Source of the DNA: Prolixibacteraceae bacterium
Lineage (GTDB): Bacteria > Bacteroidota > Bacteroidia > Bacteroidales > Prolixibacteraceae
Direction of reading: 5' to 3'
NCBI GenBank assembly: GCA_019163175.1
Contig: JAFLKN010000021.1
Location: 161 to 64,160 of the forward strand
DNA length: 64,000 nucleotides
This document shows, one piece after another, positions 58,453 through 64,000 of this stretch. Both the position numbers and the translations under genes were made by a program. Below the pieces are notes generated by a model. The model did not search any database and was not told where the DNA came from. It saw nothing but the letters and a program-made list of their open reading frames with translations. How positions within the stretch are numbered: position 1 is the stretch's first letter; every line of letters starts with the position of its first letter.

Positions 58453-60927
58453 ATGAAAAGGGTAAATTTTGTTTATAGTACAAGGTACATTGCGGTCATT
58501 TTAATCAGCATGGTCTTCTTCTGTGCAGGATGTAATAAAAAAGAAAAGACTTCTGACGAAGAGATTCCGAAGTTAGTTGAACTTGCAGACAGTATAAGAA
58601 ATTCAATGCCTGATTCAGCTTTGATTATTTACAATCAAATAATTGCTCAAATTTCACATTCGGAGATTAAAAAAGCAGATTCTCTCATATTAGCTTTAAC
58701 CTATACTGGAATCGCATCAACATATTCAACGACTGGAGAATATAAACTTGCCATGGAAAACGATTCAGTTGCTTTAGTCGTTGCTTCAGGTATTAAAAAT
58801 CAAGTCGTAAAAGCGAAAGCTTTAACCTCAAAAGGGTTAACCCTATTCAGGTTAGGCGAATTCGAAAAAGCTATGGATTGCTATGAAAATGCGATGAACT
58901 TGGCAGAGATGGAGAACGAATTTGCAGTTCAGGCTAAGTTATATGCAAATATGGCGATGATCTTTTTTAACCAGGGCGATATACAGAAGTCAATAATTGG
59001 GTTCAGGATGGCTCTTAAAACCGGTAAACAAATAAAGGATGAAATGCTTATTGCCGGTAATTATCTGAATCTAGCCATCGTATATATTAATCAGAGCAAA
59101 AACGATAGTGCTTTGCAGTATAATAAATTAGCCCTTGGAGCTTTCAGAAAAATCAATGACAGGAATGGTGAATTATTATGCTATAAAAATCTAGGGAGCT
59201 TTTATTACAACATATCCGATTACAATAATGCCATCCAGAATTTTCAATTGGCTTTGGATTTGGCTATTGAAATGGGTGACCAATCAAATATGGCCGATGG
59301 GTATCACAATTTATCCGAATTATATGCACGCATTGGCGACAATACTCTGGCTACCGAATTGCTGGATAAATCGATAAAGATTAAGGAAAAATTAGGAGAT
59401 AAATATAGTTTGGCATATGGATACCTTGCCGTGGGAAACTTACATTATACCAGAAATAATTATACAGCGGCACTGCTATATTATAAAAAATCACTTGCTA
59501 TATTTCTCGATAAAGAATTAAAAGAAGATGTAGGCAGAGCATATAGTTATATTGGAAATACCTTGAGTGGATTAGAGAAGATTGACAGCGCGGAAGTTTA
59601 CTATAATAGAGCCTTGGAGCTTTACGAGCAAGTTGGAAACCGACTGGGATTGACAAATTTATATATCAATTTGGGAGATGTTTACAGAGTTAAAACTGAT
59701 TACAAAAAGGCGGAGAAGTATTTTTTTAAAGCGTTAAATTCCAAAAGAGAATTAAACGACGAAGTAGGGGTAATGCTGGTCTATAATTTCCTTGCTAACC
59801 TATATCTCGACCAATCAAAATTCGAAACAAGGGATTCTAATCTGCCAAAACTTCAACTTGCAGAAAAAACTGCACTGCAATCATACCAAATGGCAAAACA
59901 TCTTGGATTAAAACCAGCGATGCAGGAAGCAAGCCAGACTTTGATAAAAATTTACGAGAAAATGGAAAAATATTCAGATGCTCTATTTTACTCTAAAGAA
60001 TATAATGCTTTATCTGACAGCATCCTTGACAAAGCCAAAATTGAAGCCTTGACCTTTGCGGAAGCCCGATGGAATGTTGAAAAGAAACAGCAGGAAATTA
60101 ACAATCTGGAAAATACAAAAAAACTAAATGGTGAGATTATTAAACAAAAAGAAACAGAGGCAAAACAGCAAAAACTCATAATTTGGTTCATTGTAATATT
60201 GTTCTTCCTTACTCTACTCTCCGTTTCAATTTTAGCATTATACGTTCGTAAAAGAAGAGAAGCTGTGCATCAAAAACAATTAGATAGTATTGCTATTTTA
60301 CGTTTACAAAACACGCGGAATACCATTTCTCCACACTTTGTATTCAATGTCTTGAATAATATTTGGGCCATTATTGATGACCGGGAAAATGCCAGAAGTC
60401 AATTTGGTAACTTAACTAATCTAATCCGCCGAAGCCTTATTCATACCGATCAGATTACAATCTCATTGGAAGATGAAATAGAATTCGTTAAAAGCTTTAC
60501 TGAACTTCAGAAATTTAGATTGAACAACGAATTGGACGTAAAATGGGATATTGATGAGAATGTGAATTTCATGAGACATGTCCCAGGCATGATCCTCCAA
60601 ATACCTGTCGAAAATGCCATCAAACATGCACTTGCTCCTAAGCCTGAAAATAGAGAACTGAAAATTAACATCTGCTCTGATCTGGAATTCTTGATATTAA
60701 TGGTTGCTGATAATGGCGATGGATTCTATAATGCTCCATCTCCATTTAAAGGAACTGGAACCGGGCTTAAAGTATTGACGAAAACAATGCACATTCTGAA
60801 TGAAAAAAACGAAAAGAAGATGAGCTATGAAGTATTAACCCGAAATGAAAATGGAGGGACAGGAACTAAAGTGATTATCAAAATTCCTTTGCAATACAAT
60901 TATAATTTACCTGGAATGACAATTTAA
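58453..60927 (+). CDS. TPR-repeat sensor kinase, LytS-type His_kinase domain
   Basis: Lipoprotein-like N-terminus (FFCAGC), many TPRs, TM, ISPHFVFNVLN, EIEFVKSFTELQ, PVENAIKH, GTGL. Start at 58432 or 58453. Confidence 0.9.
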   Translation: MKRVNFVYSTRYIAVILISMVFFCAGCNKKEKTSDEEIPKLVELADSIRNSMPDSALIIYNQIIAQISHSEIKKADSLILALTYTGIASTYSTTGEYKLAMENDSVALVVASGIKNQVVKAKALTSKGLTLFRLGEFEKAMDCYENAMNLAEMENEFAVQAKLYANMAMIFFNQGDIQKSIIGFRMALKTGKQIKDEMLIAGNYLNLAIVYINQSKNDSALQYNKLALGAFRKINDRNGELLCYKNLGSFYYNISDYNNAIQNFQLALDLAIEMGDQSNMADGYHNLSELYARIGDNTLATELLDKSIKIKEKLGDKYSLAYGYLAVGNLHYTRNNYTAALLYYKKSLAIFLDKELKEDVGRAYSYIGNTLSGLEKIDSAEVYYNRALELYEQVGNRLGLTNLYINLGDVYRVKTDYKKAEKYFFKALNSKRELNDEVGVMLVYNFLANLYLDQSKFETRDSNLPKLQLAEKTALQSYQMAKHLGLKPAMQEASQTLIKIYEKMEKYSDALFYSKEYNALSDSILDKAKIEALTFAEARWNVEKKQQEINNLENTKKLNGEIIKQKETEAKQQKLIIWFIVILFFLTLLSVSILALYVRKRREAVHQKQLDSIAILRLQNTRNTISPHFVFNVLNNIWAIIDDRENARSQFGNLTNLIRRSLIHTDQITISLEDEIEFVKSFTELQKFRLNNELDVKWDIDENVNFMRHVPGMILQIPVENAIKHALAPKPENRELKINICSDLEFLILMVADNGDGFYNAPSPFKGTGTGLKVLTKTMHILNEKNEKKMSYEVLTRNENGGTGTKVIIKIPLQYNYNLPGMTI

Positions 60928-61029
60928 TACCCAAATTAAACCAAATAGTGCCCCTTGCTGATTATCGATTACAACTTCTACTCGCATTTCAGTTAACCTT
61001 GCTTCATAATTATTCAATACCCCATTAAA

Positions 61030-61818
61030 ATGCCAATTAGCGAAATAAATGTAGCCATTATTGACGATGAAGTGAATGCCATCAGGCTTTTGAAAGAAGA
61101 GATTGAAACATTCCGTGAACCCAAACTCAATATTTTATTCACCACCACTGATCCTATTGCAGGGCTAAAAAAGACAAAAGAATACAAACCTGATATTCTT
61201 TTTCTTGATATCGAGATGCCTGGCAAAAGTGGTATTGAAATGTTACGAGACCTTCGCGATGAATCTGATTTTGATTGCCATGTTGTTTTCCAAACCGGTT
61301 ACGAAAAATATACAGTTGAAGCGCTTCGTGAAGCCGCATTCGATTTTATCATGAAACCAGTTGAGCGACCCGATTTGAGTAACATGATTAACCGCTTTCT
61401 TAGCCTAAAGTACAAAAGCAGTTTTCGCGATAAAATCAACCGGATACAAACTGAGGGCAATCATCGAGTGTCGCTTCCTACAAGCGATGGCGTTTATTTT
61501 TTGCAGAAGAATGAAATTGTTTCACTCGAATATATCGCATACGAGAAAAGCGTAAAACCTTATTGGGCGGTAATGACATTTGACACAAAGAAAATAACCT
61601 TGCGGCGGAATGTAAAAGGTCAGGATTTACTAGGGCTACTTAACTCCCCCGACTTCTTTATGGTAAATTCCGGAACCATCATTAACTTGAATTACCTCAG
61701 CTATGTCGATTATAAAAACCGTGATTGTCTTATGGTTCCTCCTTTCGATAAGTTGAAATACCAGATAGCCCGAAACAAGCTGGCTAAGTTTAAAGAACGT
61801 TACGACCGAATGATATAG
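61030..61818 (+). CDS. LytTR-family response regulator
   Basis: IIDDE, FLDIEMPG, AFDFIMKP; C-terminal FFMVNSGTIINLNY LytTR-like domain. Confidence 0.88.
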   Translation: MPISEINVAIIDDEVNAIRLLKEEIETFREPKLNILFTTTDPIAGLKKTKEYKPDILFLDIEMPGKSGIEMLRDLRDESDFDCHVVFQTGYEKYTVEALREAAFDFIMKPVERPDLSNMINRFLSLKYKSSFRDKINRIQTEGNHRVSLPTSDGVYFLQKNEIVSLEYIAYEKSVKPYWAVMTFDTKKITLRRNVKGQDLLGLLNSPDFFMVNSGTIINLNYLSYVDYKNRDCLMVPPFDKLKYQIARNKLAKFKERYDRMI

Positions 61819-61849
61819 AAAACAATATTAATTACCTAAAAACACACCC

Positions 61850-62530
61850 ATGAATAAGCTTAGATCTTTACTATTTATTTGTTTAACAGTTTCATTATCT
61901 TCATGTTTAACTGATGACAACGAAACTTTAGTATTACCCAAAGTTATGTATGCAAAACCTATTGAGGAGGTTGTTCCTTTGGCCATTCAGCAGCAACTAA
62001 AAGTGTATATGCCAATTTATGCCGGCACAACCCCGCCTGATATAGAAGGAACTTATTTAATTAATCCTGATGCTTTGGTTTATACTTCTGATGGCCAGTA
62101 TTATGTGGGCAAGGTTTTTACAGATGAGACAATAATGTTCAGTGGACAAAATAGTGTGACAAATATGATTGCCTATAAAACTAAACAAGGGGCGGTTTCA
62201 GAATCAAGCGACGATGTTTCTGTCAGTGGATCAGATGATAATTTCACTGCATATTTTAATACGGTTGGGGAATATGATGATAAGGTTACTACTTTCAAAA
62301 CAGCCACAATTATATCGGGAACAATAAGTCCATCAGGCATAAGAAATCTAACTTCTGCTTTTGTAATGCTGGAAAAAAATGATCCAAATAAAATACTTAT
62401 GGCAGTTAATGACTACCGTATTTTTAAAGATGGAAATGGATTAGCTAGTAACACTACCTGGACTTCAGTAAAATCTGCACTGATTAATAGTCAGGGAGTA
62501 TTCAATATGAAAACTTCCAATAGTAAGTAG
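61850..62530 (+). CDS. Uncharacterised lipoprotein
   Basis: Lipobox LSSC at residue 19; MPIYAGTTPPDIEGTY motif. Confidence 0.75.
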   Translation: MNKLRSLLFICLTVSLSSCLTDDNETLVLPKVMYAKPIEEVVPLAIQQQLKVYMPIYAGTTPPDIEGTYLINPDALVYTSDGQYYVGKVFTDETIMFSGQNSVTNMIAYKTKQGAVSESSDDVSVSGSDDNFTAYFNTVGEYDDKVTTFKTATIISGTISPSGIRNLTSAFVMLEKNDPNKILMAVNDYRIFKDGNGLASNTTWTSVKSALINSQGVFNMKTSNSK

Positions 62531-62593
62531 ATTAAACAATGGTTCTTTCTTTTCAATTCTTTAATATTCAATCATAAATAAATATTGTATCCA

Positions 62594-63829
62594 ATGAATC
62601 AATTATATTTTACAAGGTCAATCAAGAATCTTATTCTCGCGTTATGTTTCTTAGTTATACTCTTTACAGAGCCAGTTATGTCGCAATCAGTGAAACTCGA
62701 CTCTATCCTCAATAAAGTTTCAGTCGGCATAAGTACCGGCATCAATTTCCCATCGATGTATTATTCTGATCAGGATATAAAATACCAATCTTCATTATTT
62801 CCAAGAGGGATTGTTGGCCTGTTTGCTGAAATAAAACTTAAAAAGAATTTCTCGATACGTCCTGAAATGGCTTTTATCGGCAAAGGGCAAATAATAGATG
62901 ACCTGGGCATTAAATATAAATTTAGTTCCAACTACTTTGATGTCAGATTACCAGTTATTTATAACCTTAGAAAAATGTCATCTTTCGAACCCTATTTATT
63001 CTTAGCCCCAACATTAGGATTTGCCACTGGTGGTATGATTAAATTTCAGGATATGAAAAAGGAGATAACAAATGCCTCAATTGCATCGGCCGATTTTGGA
63101 CTAATGTTAGGTTGTGGAGCCAAATGTCCAGTGAAAATAATGAACTATGATGTATTAATTGGCGCTGAGGTAAACTACAATGTTGGATTATCTGACACCT
63201 ATTCGAAAAAAGAGATAGATGAAACAGCTATTGCCCTAAATAGATTCTCTTATTCAATTGATGGTACGCGAAAAAACAGAGGATTGGGAATAACAGTATC
63301 ATTTGCCGTTCCATTGAAGAACTTTGCTTCTCTATTGGCCAAGAAAGAGAAACAGCAAATTGTTGAGAAAATCAACCATCAACCGGAAATAATTTCAAGC
63401 AAAAAGCCTGAGATTCCGAATAAAGATTGCTACACAATTGAAGAAATGCTTTCCTATCTGGATAAAGGATATGATGTTAACGACCGAAAAATTTGTTTGT
63501 ACACCATTAATTTTGAAACAGCTAAGAGTATTATCGATAAGCCATCAATGGAATATTTGAAACAGATTGTCAATTTACTGGAGAAATTTCCGACTACAAA
63601 AATGAAAATCAATGGCCATACTGATAACGTTGGTACTGAAGAATACAATTTACAACTATCGAAGAATAGAGCACTCGCGGTTTACAACTATTTGATCAGT
63701 CAGAGCATTAAATCAGAGCGACTATCATACGCCTATTTTGGTACCAAATATCCGGTTTCATCCAATGATACGGAGGAAGGTCGCCGAAATAATCGCAGGG
63801 TTGAGTTTGAAATGCAAAACAGAAAATAA
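62594..63829 (+). CDS. Outer-membrane beta-barrel (PorT-like) fused to OmpA C-terminal domain
   Basis: Barrel strands (SIRPEMAF, YFDVRLP), then INF...GHTDNVG...NLQLSKNRA...GRRNNRRVEF. Confidence 0.85.
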   Translation: MNQLYFTRSIKNLILALCFLVILFTEPVMSQSVKLDSILNKVSVGISTGINFPSMYYSDQDIKYQSSLFPRGIVGLFAEIKLKKNFSIRPEMAFIGKGQIIDDLGIKYKFSSNYFDVRLPVIYNLRKMSSFEPYLFLAPTLGFATGGMIKFQDMKKEITNASIASADFGLMLGCGAKCPVKIMNYDVLIGAEVNYNVGLSDTYSKKEIDETAIALNRFSYSIDGTRKNRGLGITVSFAVPLKNFASLLAKKEKQQIVEKINHQPEIISSKKPEIPNKDCYTIEEMLSYLDKGYDVNDRKICLYTINFETAKSIIDKPSMEYLKQIVNLLEKFPTTKMKINGHTDNVGTEEYNLQLSKNRALAVYNYLISQSIKSERLSYAYFGTKYPVSSNDTEEGRRNNRRVEFEMQNRK

Positions 63830-63928
63830 GGGCTGTGTTAAACAATCGTCCTATATTGACTAAAGCTAATCACTCTGAATTATGTTGTGTGAAGATTTTA
63901 ATGTAAACTGAAAACGAAGTTGTTTATC

Positions 63929-64000
63929 ATGAAAAAGAATATCATTTCAGCTCTCTTTTTTGCAACTGCAATAACCCTGAATGCAGAAATGTTAAAGTTG
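63929..64000 (+). CDS. Exported protein, N-terminus only (truncated by window end)
   Basis: MKKNIISALFFATAITLNAEMLKL; signal-peptide-like and open to the edge. Confidence 0.55.
   Translation, partial: MKKNIISALFFATAITLNAEMLKL

Overview
Chromosomal window from a Bacteroidota bacterium, most consistent with Bacteroidales/Marinilabiliales. Support: TAnnTTTG promoters, T9SS C-terminal sorting domains, cmk-ispH-pfkA and parA-parB-DUF5683-mltD gene orders. About 45 CDS are present: housekeeping genes (cmk, ispH, pfkA, priA, rocD, parAB, DEAD helicase), envelope genes (two tandem LpxL-type acyltransferases, DUF1460 amidase, AsmA-like giant, lytic transglycosylase) and many sensor kinases. Two accessory-looking blocks stand out: four T9SS-secreted beta-propeller proteins around a TPR kinase/NarL pair (9.8-18.8 kb), and an AT-rich TPR-LytS/LytTR/lipoprotein/OmpA block (58-64 kb). 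No tRNA, rRNA, CRISPR, integrase or transposase was seen. The most striking unexplained feature is the gap between parA and the YkgJ gene. It holds an apparent ~540-nt minus-strand non-coding transcription unit with a promoter, many tetraloop hairpins, 5'/3' end pairing and an intrinsic terminator. Just upstream of it are a 36-bp palindrome and four TTATNAACA (DnaA-box-like) motifs. All calls are by eye from sequence motifs; no database search or folding program was run.
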